Positions 20,378-30,064 of a DNA stretch of 64,000 bases are shown one piece after another. The translations under genes and the position numbers were made by a program. Positions within the stretch are counted from its first letter, which is position 1; the number at the start of each line of letters is the position of its first letter. The notes beneath the pieces were generated by a model. The model worked only from the letters and a program-made list of their open reading frames with translations, was not told the origin of the DNA and did no database searches. Source of the stretch: Sphaerotilus sp. (GTDB lineage Bacteria; Pseudomonadota; Gammaproteobacteria; Burkholderiales; Burkholderiaceae_C); the NCBI RefSeq assembly GCF_031429695.1, contig NZ_JANPAB010000030.1, positions 32,569 through 96,568 of the forward strand, given 5' to 3'.

Positions 20378-21784
20378 CTACCCCTGCGCCATGCGGGGCA
20401 GACTCGCCTTCAGCTCGGTGCCTTGCCCGGCGCGGGAGGCAATGTCCAGCCGGCCGTTCTCGGATTCGACACGGAAACGCATGCCGCGCAGTCCGTGACT
20501 CCCGACGCGGGTCCGGGCCAGGTCGAAGCCCACGCCGTCGTCCTGCACGCGCACGCACACCCGCCCCGGCTCCGCCTCGTTGCACAATTCCACCTGCACG
20601 GTCGTGGCGTGGGCGTACTTGACGATGTTGGTCAGCGCCTCCTGCACCACCCGGTAGACCGTGAGATCGGCGCTGGATGACAGGCTGGCGGGTTCGAACC
20701 GGGTCTGGATGTCCAGGCCGGAGCGTTCCTTGACCTCCTCGCACAGGATCTCCAGAGCGGGGATCAGCCCCAGCGTGCTGAGGGTGGAGGGCCGGAGATC
20801 CTCGATGATGCGGCGCTTGAGGGCAATGCCGCTGTTGAGCGTGTCCGTCAGATGCGACAGGCAGGGCACCAGATCGGGCAAGGTCTGCTGCAGCTTCGGC
20901 CGGATGCGGGCTGCGTCGAGCTTGGCGGTGGTGAGCAGCGCGCCCAGCTCGTCGTGCAGCTCGCGTGCCAGGTGCGCGCGCTCGTCTTCGCGTGCGGTCT
21001 GGAGGTGCCGGGCCAGTTCCGTGAGGTCGCCGGTGCGCCGCAGGACTTCCGCTTCGAGCCGGTCACGCTCCTCCACGATCTCGGCTTGCCGCTGGACACG
21101 CTGCCGCTCCAGTTCACGCCCCTGCCGCACGAACAACGTCAGCACCAGCAGACTGATGAGCGTCATGGCGGCCACCCCGATCCGGCTCATCCACAGCGTC
21201 TCGTAGACGTTCTTCAGCCCGGACGCAATGCGGGCGTTTTCGTGCTGCACCAGTGCATCGGCCGCGACACGGATCTGGTCCATGAGATCCCGGCCGATGC
21301 CCGAGCGCACGATGTCCAGCGCCACAGAGGACTTTCCAGCCGCGTGCAGGCGCAACACTTCGTCCATCTCCCCGAACCGGGAGTCCACCAGCCGCGCCAG
21401 ATCCAGGCGCCTGGCTTCACCCTCGGCATCGTGGAGTGCGGCGTACAGCCGTTTCATCTCCGTCAGTGCCCGCAGGACATCCTCGTGTGCGCGGACATAG
21501 GGCGCCATGTACTCGGCACCGCCGACGAGCAGGTACCCCCGCTTGCCCGATTCCGCGTCCGAGATGCGCTGGAGCATCTGCAGGGCCTGGACCCGGACTT
21601 GTCCCTTGAGGACGAGCTGGTCGAGTTGCCCGGCGGATTCCCGGTAGGACAGCTCACTGATGCCCAGCATCAGGGTGGCCACCAGCACCGCGGCCGGGAC
21701 CGGGACCGACAGCCCGAGCAGAAGTGGGCGTTTCAGCACCCCAGAAATGGCATTCCACATGGCCTGCACTATGCCGGATATCAC
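20378..21784 (-). CDS. CHASE3-domain sensor histidine kinase (HisKA_3 type)
   Basis: TM; DAESGKRGYLL; TM; ARELHDELG; YRVVQEALTN; DDGVGF; HGLRGM. Confidence 0.9.
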   Translation of the reverse strand: MISGIVQAMWNAISGVLKRPLLLGLSVPVPAAVLVATLMLGISELSYRESAGQLDQLVLKGQVRVQALQMLQRISDAESGKRGYLLVGGAEYMAPYVRAHEDVLRALTEMKRLYAALHDAEGEARRLDLARLVDSRFGEMDEVLRLHAAGKSSVALDIVRSGIGRDLMDQIRVAADALVQHENARIASGLKNVYETLWMSRIGVAAMTLISLLVLTLFVRQGRELERQRVQRQAEIVEERDRLEAEVLRRTGDLTELARHLQTAREDERAHLARELHDELGALLTTAKLDAARIRPKLQQTLPDLVPCLSHLTDTLNSGIALKRRIIEDLRPSTLSTLGLIPALEILCEEVKERSGLDIQTRFEPASLSSSADLTVYRVVQEALTNIVKYAHATTVQVELCNEAEPGRVCVRVQDDGVGFDLARTRVGSHGLRGMRFRVESENGRLDIASRAGQGTELKASLPRMAQG

Positions 21785-21844
21785 GAAACACCGAAAAATG
21801 ACCGATGTTCCGCGTGGGCATCACGCACCAGTGCGCCGCTCCGT

Positions 21845-21860
21845 GTAGGACATGTCTGAC
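21845..21860. promoter_or_regulatory. Imperfect inverted repeat GTAGG-N6-CTGAC
   Basis: Same spacing as the 20361 site; lies in a divergent promoter region. Confidence 0.35.
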
Positions 21861-21925
21861 AAGTGCGCGCGCGGGTGTCCCATCGCGCCAGACAGAAGGG
21901 CTGTCTATATTGACGGCAGGCCCTT

Positions 21926-21951
21926 CATCCGGACGTCCGGACGTCCGGATG
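21926..21951. repeat. Perfect 26-bp palindrome that is also an 8-bp tandem repeat
   Basis: CATCCGGACGTCCGGACGTCCGGATG. Confidence 0.85.
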
Positions 21952-21971
21952 GACCTCTCCAGGAGATCGCC

Positions 21972-22118
21972 ATGTCCTGCCCGCGATGGATTCCCTATGT
22001 GCTTGTGGTCGCGATGTCGCTGTTGGTGTCGCTGTACCAGCCGGTGGATGTCCCGCAGCACGCGCCGCACGGCAGCGTCGCGCCGCTGGAATTCATTTCG
22101 CTCGGCTTGATCCGCTGA
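21972..22118 (+). CDS. Small hypothetical membrane or secreted protein (48 aa)
   Basis: AGGAG RBS at 21961-21965; hydrophobic stretch IPYVLVVAMSLLVSLY. Confidence 0.55.
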   Translation: MSCPRWIPYVLVVAMSLLVSLYQPVDVPQHAPHGSVAPLEFISLGLIR

Positions 22119-22152
22119 GGATTCCCCGGCTCCGTCAGCGCGGGCCTCAGCG

Positions 22153-24078
22153 TCAGCCCGCCCGCACCGCCAGCGCCTTCCCGATCCGATTCCGCCCCAC
22201 CGACGTTTTCGGCACCTTGACCTTGAGATGCCCGAACCACGCCCGCACGTCCTCGTCCAGCCCGATCCCGTGCATGTAGTTGTAGAGCGCCTTCTTCAGC
22301 CCCACGCCCAGCGCGTCGTGGTCGGTGCCGGTCGGGTCGATGAAGCCGACATCGTTCTGCGCGAAGGTCACCGGCGGCAGCGGGCGCAGCTTCACGCCGT
22401 ACTCCGCCGGGTTCAGCCCCACGGGGGAATGCACCGTGCAGGCGAAGCGGTGGAAAAACCCGCTCTGGATGCAGCCGTGTTCGAACAACTGGCGCACGTA
22501 CTCCAGCGCATCGACCGTGTCCTGCACCGTCTGCGTCGGGAAGCCGTACATCAGGTAGGCGTGGACCAGGATGCCCGCGTCGCTGAAGCCCTTGGTCACC
22601 CGCGCCACCTGATCGACCGAGACGCCCTTCTTCATCAGCGTCAGCAGCCGGTCGGACGCGACTTCCAGCCCGCCCGACATCGCGATGCAGCCGCTGTCGG
22701 CGAGTTCCTGGCACAGCTCGGGCGTGAAGGTCTTCTCGAAGCGGATGTTGCCCCACCACGAGATCTGCACGTCGCGGCGCTGCAGCTCGGCGGCCAGCGT
22801 CTTCAGCGCCTTGGGCGGCGCGGCCTCATCGACAAAGTGGAAGCCGGTCTGGCCGGTTTCGGCGACGATGGCCTCGATGCGGTCCACCAGCGTCTCGGCG
22901 GTGGCCGTCTCGTAGCGCGAGATGTAGTCCAGGCTCACGTCGCAGAAGCTGCACTTCTTCCAGTAGCAGCCATGCGCCACCGTCAGCTTGTTCCAGCGCC
23001 CGTCACTCCACAGCCGGTTCATCGGGTTGAGCATGTCGAGCAGCGACAGGTACTTGTCCAGCGGCAGGCCGTCCCAGGTCGGCGTACCCACCTCGGAGAA
23101 CGGCACGTCCGGCTCGACAAAGTTGATGTAGCGCACGAGGCCGGTGTCCGCGTCCCGCACGAAGGTGCGCACGAGGCGTTGCCGTGATCGCTTGCCGTTC
23201 AGATGCTCCAGCAGCGCCAGCAGCGGGCGCTCGCCGCTGTCGAGCATCACGTAGTCGATGTGGTCGAACACGCGCGGCTCGGCGAGTTCGCGCAGCTCCG
23301 TGTTGACGAAGCCGCCACCCAGGGCCACGACGATCGTCGGATCGACCGCCTTGACCGCCTGCGCAATCCGGAACGCCGCGTACACCGCCCCCGGAAACGG
23401 CACCGACAGCAGCACCAGCCGCGGCCGATGCCGCTCGACTGCCGCCTTGGTCAGCTCGGTCAGCACCTCGTCCATCAGATTCGGCGCGGCGGCCAGCGCG
23501 GCGGCCAGCGGCTCGAAGGTCGGCTGGCTGGTGGCGAGCGACTCGGCGTAGCGCACGAACTCGAAGCGTGGATCGACCGCGTCGCGCAGCACGTCGGCGA
23601 GGTCGTTCAGGTACAGCGTGGCCAGATGGCGCGCCTTGTCCTGCAGGCCGAGCGCGCCGAACGCCCAGGCCAGCGGGTCGCCACCGTCCTCGTCCACATA
23701 GACATCCAGCGTGCGGAACCGCGGCCCCTCGGGCAGGAAGGCGCGGCTGTTGATCCGGTGCGCCAGCGTTGCATCGCGGCCTTGGAGGAAGGCGATGACG
23801 CGGTCGATGGTCGCCACGTACCGGTCGAACTGCGCCATGAAGCTCTGCACCGGCTCGGTCGGTTGCGTTGGCGGCGCAGCCTCGACGCGCCGCCGGATTT
23901 CCAGCAACCCGCCCCGCGACAGCAGCCGCAGCACCAGCGCCAGCGCCAGATCCTCCTGCACCGCGTCCACCCCGCGCGAGCGCAGGAAGCCGGTCAGGTA
24001 GGCGGTGGACGGGTACGGGGTGTTGAGCTGGGTCATCGGCGGGATGACAGACAGCACGCGCAAGGGGGTATCGGGCAT
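22153..24078 (-). CDS. B12-binding-domain radical SAM protein
   Basis: CYWKKCSFC (CxxxCxxC), FHFVDEA, GLEVAS, YLMYGFP. Confidence 0.9.
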   Translation of the reverse strand: MPDTPLRVLSVIPPMTQLNTPYPSTAYLTGFLRSRGVDAVQEDLALALVLRLLSRGGLLEIRRRVEAAPPTQPTEPVQSFMAQFDRYVATIDRVIAFLQGRDATLAHRINSRAFLPEGPRFRTLDVYVDEDGGDPLAWAFGALGLQDKARHLATLYLNDLADVLRDAVDPRFEFVRYAESLATSQPTFEPLAAALAAAPNLMDEVLTELTKAAVERHRPRLVLLSVPFPGAVYAAFRIAQAVKAVDPTIVVALGGGFVNTELRELAEPRVFDHIDYVMLDSGERPLLALLEHLNGKRSRQRLVRTFVRDADTGLVRYINFVEPDVPFSEVGTPTWDGLPLDKYLSLLDMLNPMNRLWSDGRWNKLTVAHGCYWKKCSFCDVSLDYISRYETATAETLVDRIEAIVAETGQTGFHFVDEAAPPKALKTLAAELQRRDVQISWWGNIRFEKTFTPELCQELADSGCIAMSGGLEVASDRLLTLMKKGVSVDQVARVTKGFSDAGILVHAYLMYGFPTQTVQDTVDALEYVRQLFEHGCIQSGFFHRFACTVHSPVGLNPAEYGVKLRPLPPVTFAQNDVGFIDPTGTDHDALGVGLKKALYNYMHGIGLDEDVRAWFGHLKVKVPKTSVGRNRIGKALAVRAG

Positions 24079-24232
24079 GGCGCGGCTCGGGGTGCAAGCA
24101 GACGACTGGGGGCGTACATTTTGCCAGCCGCGCGCATGTCCTTTGAATGAAGGATGCCTCGCCGCGCGCACCCTTGACTTCATGGCGAGGTACGTCTATG
24201 AACCATGTGGTGCGACGACCAAGGAGCGCGAC

Positions 24233-25243
24233 ATGGCAATCACCGTGGGCAATGTGCAGAAACGCATCGGGCTGGCCTTGTCCGGCGGCGGATTCCGGGC
24301 TGCGGCGTTCCACCTGGGGGTGTTCCGGCAGTTGCAGACCCAGGGGTTGCTCTGGAAGCTGGATCTGCTGACCTGCGTCTCCGGTGGCAGCATCGCCGGC
24401 GCCTTCCTGTGCCGGCACTGGGGCGACGACAGCGCGCTCGATCGGCTGGAACAATACCTGCGCAGCGCATCCATCGCGGTGTCGTCTGTCCTTGGCGGGA
24501 TGTTGGACCCCTTCCATACCCGGCTGGACAAGCTGGCCGACACCTACGACCGCGACCTGTTCGGCGACTGCACGCTGAATGCGCTGTCCGCCGGCCCGCG
24601 CCTCTACCTGAACGCGACCAATCTGGCCACCGGCAACCTGTTCTCCTTCGTCACCGGTGGCGGCAAGCCAACCGAGATGGGTGAATGGGAGATGGGTTTC
24701 CAGCCCGCCGATGCCTTCCGGCTGAGCCGCGCGGTGGCCGCGTCATCGGCGTTTCCGCCGGTGTTCCCGCCGCTGCGGCTGGACCGGAGCGACTACCCGG
24801 CCGACGGCGCCGATTTCATCTGCCTGACCGACGGCGGCGTGTACGACAACCTCGGCGTCAACCCGCTGCTGCGCGACCGCAACGCGCTGGACTATGTGAT
24901 CGTCAGCGACGGCGGCAAGCCTTTCTCGATCGTCGAGCGGCCCACGGAGACCGGCAGCGCGGTGCTGGTCGAGGCCATCGACATCCTGATGGAGCAGGTG
25001 CGCGGTCTGCAATTCAGGCGGCTGGAGCTGGGCATGCACCTCGCGCACGGACCGAAGCCGGTGTGGTTCTCGATCGACAGCGCCATCGGACAGGCGCAGG
25101 ACGGGGACGCCGCGTTCGCCTCGGCGATCAGCACCAACCTGAAGCGCCTGTCCGCGCCGGAGATGGTGGTGCTGAAGCGGCATGCCGGGGCGCTGCTGAT
25201 GCACCGCCTGCTGAGCTACACGCCCGAGCTGCTCCATGCCTGA
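24233..25243 (+). CDS. Patatin-like phospholipase
   Basis: AAGGAG RBS at 24221-24226; LALSGGGFRA, CVSGGS, ASSAFP, LTDGGVYDN. Confidence 0.92.
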   Translation: MAITVGNVQKRIGLALSGGGFRAAAFHLGVFRQLQTQGLLWKLDLLTCVSGGSIAGAFLCRHWGDDSALDRLEQYLRSASIAVSSVLGGMLDPFHTRLDKLADTYDRDLFGDCTLNALSAGPRLYLNATNLATGNLFSFVTGGGKPTEMGEWEMGFQPADAFRLSRAVAASSAFPPVFPPLRLDRSDYPADGADFICLTDGGVYDNLGVNPLLRDRNALDYVIVSDGGKPFSIVERPTETGSAVLVEAIDILMEQVRGLQFRRLELGMHLAHGPKPVWFSIDSAIGQAQDGDAAFASAISTNLKRLSAPEMVVLKRHAGALLMHRLLSYTPELLHA

Positions 25244-27344
25244 CCGGCTCGGCCTCGACGCGCTGGCCCCGCTGCTCGGTCTGGTGGACACGGATCCGGA
25301 CCCGCAGGTCCGGCGCGTGGCGCTGGCGGTGGCCGCCCGTTTTCCGCTGGATGCGCAGGCCTGCGCCGAACTCGCCACCTACGGGCGCACGGTCGCGCCG
25401 TCCCCTGCGGTGCAGTCGCTGGACGCGGGCAGCGTGGCGGCCCGCATTCGCGCCGAGGTCGAGGTGATTCTGGACACACGCGACGTCGACGCCCGGCTGG
25501 CCTTGCTGTCCCGCCTCGGCCAGTACGGCGACCAGCTCAGCGGCCGCAAAGCCGGCGCGACACGGGGCATGCACCGCGGCGTGCGGGAGTCCGCGCACGA
25601 AGACCCGGGCGGTGCCCTGCCGGAGGAGCGTCGGGTGCAACTGCGCATCGTGCAGCAAGGGCACCGCCGCCGCACCTTCCTCGCCGGGGCGGCCCACGTC
25701 ATCCGCTGCTGGATCGGCCCACTGGAGGACGACGAGATTGCCGCCAACCAACCCATTCCGGATGTCGCCCTTCCGGCCGAAGGCCTGCGGCTGCAAGCCC
25801 AGCTGTACTGGCGCGACGGCCTCGGCAACGAGCACAGCGACAGCCAGTTCCTGCTGCTGCCCGCCGCGCGCGACGCCCGCAGCGGCGACTGCGACCTGCA
25901 CCTCACGGTACCGGAGGGCGAATCCTTCGTGGCGGCCGACATCGTGTTCCGCTACCGCGGGCGGATCTTCGAGGCGGTGCGGCTCGACGCGGCCGTGCTG
26001 GTCGCGGGCGAAACCGAGACGGCGGACCACCAAGTCCGGCTGCGGGTGCAGGCCAGCCGCCGCGAGGTGCTCGACATCGTCAACAGCCCCGCGGTCGACG
26101 GGACGCTGGTGCTGGATGCACCGCGATCGCCCTCGGCCGACCCCGGCGCCAGCCTGCTGCTGTTCGACGCCCACGGTGCCCATGCCGTCGACCTGGGTGG
26201 TTCGGCGACCGCGCTGCGCTGGCTGAACGACACGCTGCACCTGACCGAGACGGCCGTCGTGCGACGACAAGCCAGGTCGGGCTCGCCGGGCACTGAAGAA
26301 CTCGACGCCGACGACCCCGACGTCCTCGGCCTGCTGCGCACCTTGGCACGCCACGGCGCCAATCTCTGGAACCAGTTGCGTGACAACGGCTTCCGCGATC
26401 CCGGAGAGCGCCTGCAACTGCTCAACCGCACGCGCGACCACGTGCCACTCGAATTTGTCTACGACCGCGGCGTGCCGGCCGAGGACGCACGGCTGTGCGA
26501 CGGCTGGCGCGAGGCACTGCAGTCGGACACGGCGACCTGTCCGGTGTGCAGCCGCACGCCGTTGACGCAGGACCAGCGCGACAACGTCGCCACCCTGTGT
26601 CCATTGGGATTCTGGTCGTTGCAGAAGGTGATCGAGCGCATCGACCCGGACGCGCTCCCTGGGTCAGGGTCAGGCGCATCGGTGCCGACCGCGGCACGAC
26701 GCAGCCTGCGCCCGATCGACTCGGCGCTGTTCGCCTGCAGCGACAAGGTGCCCGAAGCCGAGCGCACCCGGCTGTGGGAGACGCTCACCCAGTGCGTGCC
26801 CCGCGCCGCGCGGGCCGCGGACTGGCCGCAGTGGAAGGCGGCGATGCAGGCAGATCCTGCACTGCTGCTGGTCCTGCCCCACCACGACACCGACCAGGGG
26901 CTGGACTACCTGGAGATCGGCGCCGACGGCCTGGCACATGCCCAGGCACGGCTCGGGCGCGAACAGCTCTCGCCCAGCTACATCAACCCCGACGCCACCG
27001 AACCCGGCCCGATCGTGTTGATGCTGGGTTGCCAGACAGCCACCGACACCGAGAACCCGACCGGCTACACCGACCTGACCCGCCGGGTGCAGCAGCAGCA
27101 CGCCGCCATCGTGCTCGGCACGCTGGCCAAGGTGCTCGGCCGCCACGCCGCACCGGTCGCGCAGGAGCTGGTCCGGCAGCTCGCCACGGTGCGCGATGGC
27201 GACACCGACTTCGGCACCGTGATGCGCCGGGTGCGCCGCCGCATGCTCGGGCGCGGCTACCTGATGGCCTTGTGCCTTGTCGCGCTGGGCGATGCGCAGT
27301 GGCGGCTGGCCCCGCTGCAAGCCGACACCACGCCCGCGCACTGA
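25236..27344 (+). CDS. Multidomain protein with a C-terminal CHAT/caspase-like domain
   Basis: Short helical HEAT-like N-terminus, beta-rich middle, CPLGFW, then LLLVLPHH...IVLMLGCQT...IVLGT matching the CHAT His/Cys strand pattern. Confidence 0.65.
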   Translation: MPDRLGLDALAPLLGLVDTDPDPQVRRVALAVAARFPLDAQACAELATYGRTVAPSPAVQSLDAGSVAARIRAEVEVILDTRDVDARLALLSRLGQYGDQLSGRKAGATRGMHRGVRESAHEDPGGALPEERRVQLRIVQQGHRRRTFLAGAAHVIRCWIGPLEDDEIAANQPIPDVALPAEGLRLQAQLYWRDGLGNEHSDSQFLLLPAARDARSGDCDLHLTVPEGESFVAADIVFRYRGRIFEAVRLDAAVLVAGETETADHQVRLRVQASRREVLDIVNSPAVDGTLVLDAPRSPSADPGASLLLFDAHGAHAVDLGGSATALRWLNDTLHLTETAVVRRQARSGSPGTEELDADDPDVLGLLRTLARHGANLWNQLRDNGFRDPGERLQLLNRTRDHVPLEFVYDRGVPAEDARLCDGWREALQSDTATCPVCSRTPLTQDQRDNVATLCPLGFWSLQKVIERIDPDALPGSGSGASVPTAARRSLRPIDSALFACSDKVPEAERTRLWETLTQCVPRAARAADWPQWKAAMQADPALLLVLPHHDTDQGLDYLEIGADGLAHAQARLGREQLSPSYINPDATEPGPIVLMLGCQTATDTENPTGYTDLTRRVQQQHAAIVLGTLAKVLGRHAAPVAQELVRQLATVRDGDTDFGTVMRRVRRRMLGRGYLMALCLVALGDAQWRLAPLQADTTPAH

Positions 27345-27358
27345 ACCAGGAGTCCCCC

Positions 27359-28567
27359 ATGTTCCGCATCGAAATGCTGCCCGCCGCCCACGGCGACTGC
27401 CTGTGGATCGAGCATGGCGACGCGGCCCACCCCCGGCGCCTGCTGATCGACGGCGGGCCGAGCCGCACCTACGCCGCCCTGCGCGCCAGGGTGCTGCAGG
27501 TACCCACTGCGGAGCGGCGCTTCGATGCACTGGTCATCACGCACATCGACGCCGACCACATCGAAGGCGTGGTCCGCCTGCTGCAGGATGCCGAAGCGCT
27601 GGGCTGCACCTTCGACCGGATCTGGTTCAACGGCCGCGACCAGCTCGACCAGGTGCCGGACCCCGCCGGCCAACCGCTGGGCGCCCTGCAGGGTGAACTG
27701 CTCGGCCTGCTCATCGCCGACTACGAACGCCGCACCGGCACCACGGTCTGGAATGTCGGCTGGCCCGACCGGCTGGCGGCGATCGACCGGGCAGACGGAC
27801 GCCTGCCCAGCGTCGATTTCGGACCGGGCGGGTGCCGGCTGACGCTGCTGTCGCCCGACCACCGCCGCCTGCTCGCACTGAAGGACACCTGGCGCAGGGC
27901 GCTGGAGGAAGCCGGCATCGCGTCCGGCGACGAAACCGCCTTGCGCCTGCGGCTGGCGGCCTCGCCCCACCTTCGACCGCTCGGTGATGGGCTGGGCGCG
28001 GATGGCGCAGGGCCGGAAACGGTGGAAGAACCACCAGTCGCCGCCCCGGAGGCCGAACTGGATGACGCGCTGGGCGGCGCGGGTGAAGCCGGCTCCGCCT
28101 TCGGCAGCGATGCCAGCGAAGCCAACGGCAGCAGCATCGCGCTGTTGCTGGAATACCCCAGCGAGCGCCCCACCGTGCGCCTGCTGCTGGCTGGCGACGC
28201 CTGGGCCTCGGTGCTGGAGGCCTCGATCGGCTGCCTGTCGTCGTCCGCGCACGGCGAGCGTCTCACGCTCACTGGCTTCAAGCTGCCGCACCACGGCAGC
28301 GTGCGCAATCTCACCGCGAAGTTGCTGCGCGCCATCGACAGCGCACGCTATCTCGTGTCGACCAGCGGCGCCGTGTTCGGCCACCCGAACGCCCGGGCCA
28401 TCGACCTGGTGCTGGCCGAACACCCTGGCCCGGCGGCACCGCAACTGCTGTTCAATTACCGGCGTGCGACCACCACGCCGTGGGCTGCGCCCGAGCGGCA
28501 GCAGGCCGAGCACTTCGTGGCCATCTACCCGCCGGCCGCAGCGCAGCCGACCGTGCTGGCGCTGTAA
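27359..28567 (+). CDS. MBL-fold metallohydrolase (ComEC/Avs1a-like)
   Basis: AGGAG RBS; MLPAAHGDC, LIDGG, THIDADHIEG, NGSSIA, LAGDA, KLPHHGS. Confidence 0.88.
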   Translation: MFRIEMLPAAHGDCLWIEHGDAAHPRRLLIDGGPSRTYAALRARVLQVPTAERRFDALVITHIDADHIEGVVRLLQDAEALGCTFDRIWFNGRDQLDQVPDPAGQPLGALQGELLGLLIADYERRTGTTVWNVGWPDRLAAIDRADGRLPSVDFGPGGCRLTLLSPDHRRLLALKDTWRRALEEAGIASGDETALRLRLAASPHLRPLGDGLGADGAGPETVEEPPVAAPEAELDDALGGAGEAGSAFGSDASEANGSSIALLLEYPSERPTVRLLLAGDAWASVLEASIGCLSSSAHGERLTLTGFKLPHHGSVRNLTAKLLRAIDSARYLVSTSGAVFGHPNARAIDLVLAEHPGPAAPQLLFNYRRATTTPWAAPERQQAEHFVAIYPPAAAQPTVLAL

Positions 28568-28578
28568 AGCAGCCGGAC

Positions 28579-29364
28579 TCAGACGCTCGGGATCACTCCA
28601 CCGTCGACACGAACCACCGACCCGGTCACGTACGACGCCCGCGCGCTCGCCAGAAACGCGACCACATCCGCGTATTCCTGCACATCGCCCACACGCCCCA
28701 TCGGGATCGCCGCGGTGCTGTCGGCCTGCACCTGCGCAAGATCCTTGCCCTGCCGCTGCGCGGCCATCTCGTCGAGGAACTGGATGCGGTCGGTGGCGAT
28801 GCGGCCGGGCACGACGATGTTGGCGGTGATGCCGTCACGCGCCACTTCGCGGGCCAGCGTCTTCGACCAGCCCACCAGCGACAGCCGCAGCGCGTTCGAC
28901 ATCGCCAGGTTCGCGATCGGCGCGACCACGCCCGACGAGGTGCTGGTGACGATGCGGCCCCAGCGCTGCGTGCGCATGCCGGGCAGCACGCGGTCCGTCA
29001 CCGCGATCACGCTCAGCACCATCGCCTGGAACTGCGCCAGCCAGCGCTCGGGCGACTGGCCGGCGGCCGTGCTCGGGGGCGGTCCCCCGGTGTTGTTGAC
29101 CAGGATCTCGACCGGACCGAAACGCGCCTCGATCTCGGCGATGTTCGGTTCGATCTGCGCCAGATCGGCCAGATCCCAGGTGAGCGCCAGCGCCTGGCCT
29201 CCGGCGGACTCGATCTCGGCCACGAGGGTGGTCAGCCGGTCCGTGCGCCGGGCCGCCACGGCCACGCGGGCGCCCTCGGCAGCCAGTGTGCGGGCGATGG
29301 CCGCGCCGAGCCCGCTGCTGGCGCCCAGCACGAGCGCCGTCTTGTTCTTCAGTCCCAGATCCAT
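28579..29364 (-). CDS. SDR oxidoreductase
   Basis: [20 protein letters not shown]. Confidence 0.9.
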   Translation of the reverse strand: MDLGLKNKTALVLGASSGLGAAIARTLAAEGARVAVAARRTDRLTTLVAEIESAGGQALALTWDLADLAQIEPNIAEIEARFGPVEILVNNTGGPPPSTAAGQSPERWLAQFQAMVLSVIAVTDRVLPGMRTQRWGRIVTSTSSGVVAPIANLAMSNALRLSLVGWSKTLAREVARDGITANIVVPGRIATDRIQFLDEMAAQRQGKDLAQVQADSTAAIPMGRVGDVQEYADVVAFLASARASYVTGSVVRVDGGVIPSV

Positions 29365-29377
29365 CGGATGCTCCGGT

Positions 29378-30028
<651 letters not shown>

Positions 30029-30064
30029 GGCCCGATTGTCGGCGAACCGGGCGGGCTGCCGAGG

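Noticed and set aside
24233-25243. Patatin as a CBASS CapV effector
   Set aside because: No CD-NTase gene is adjacent or elsewhere in the window.
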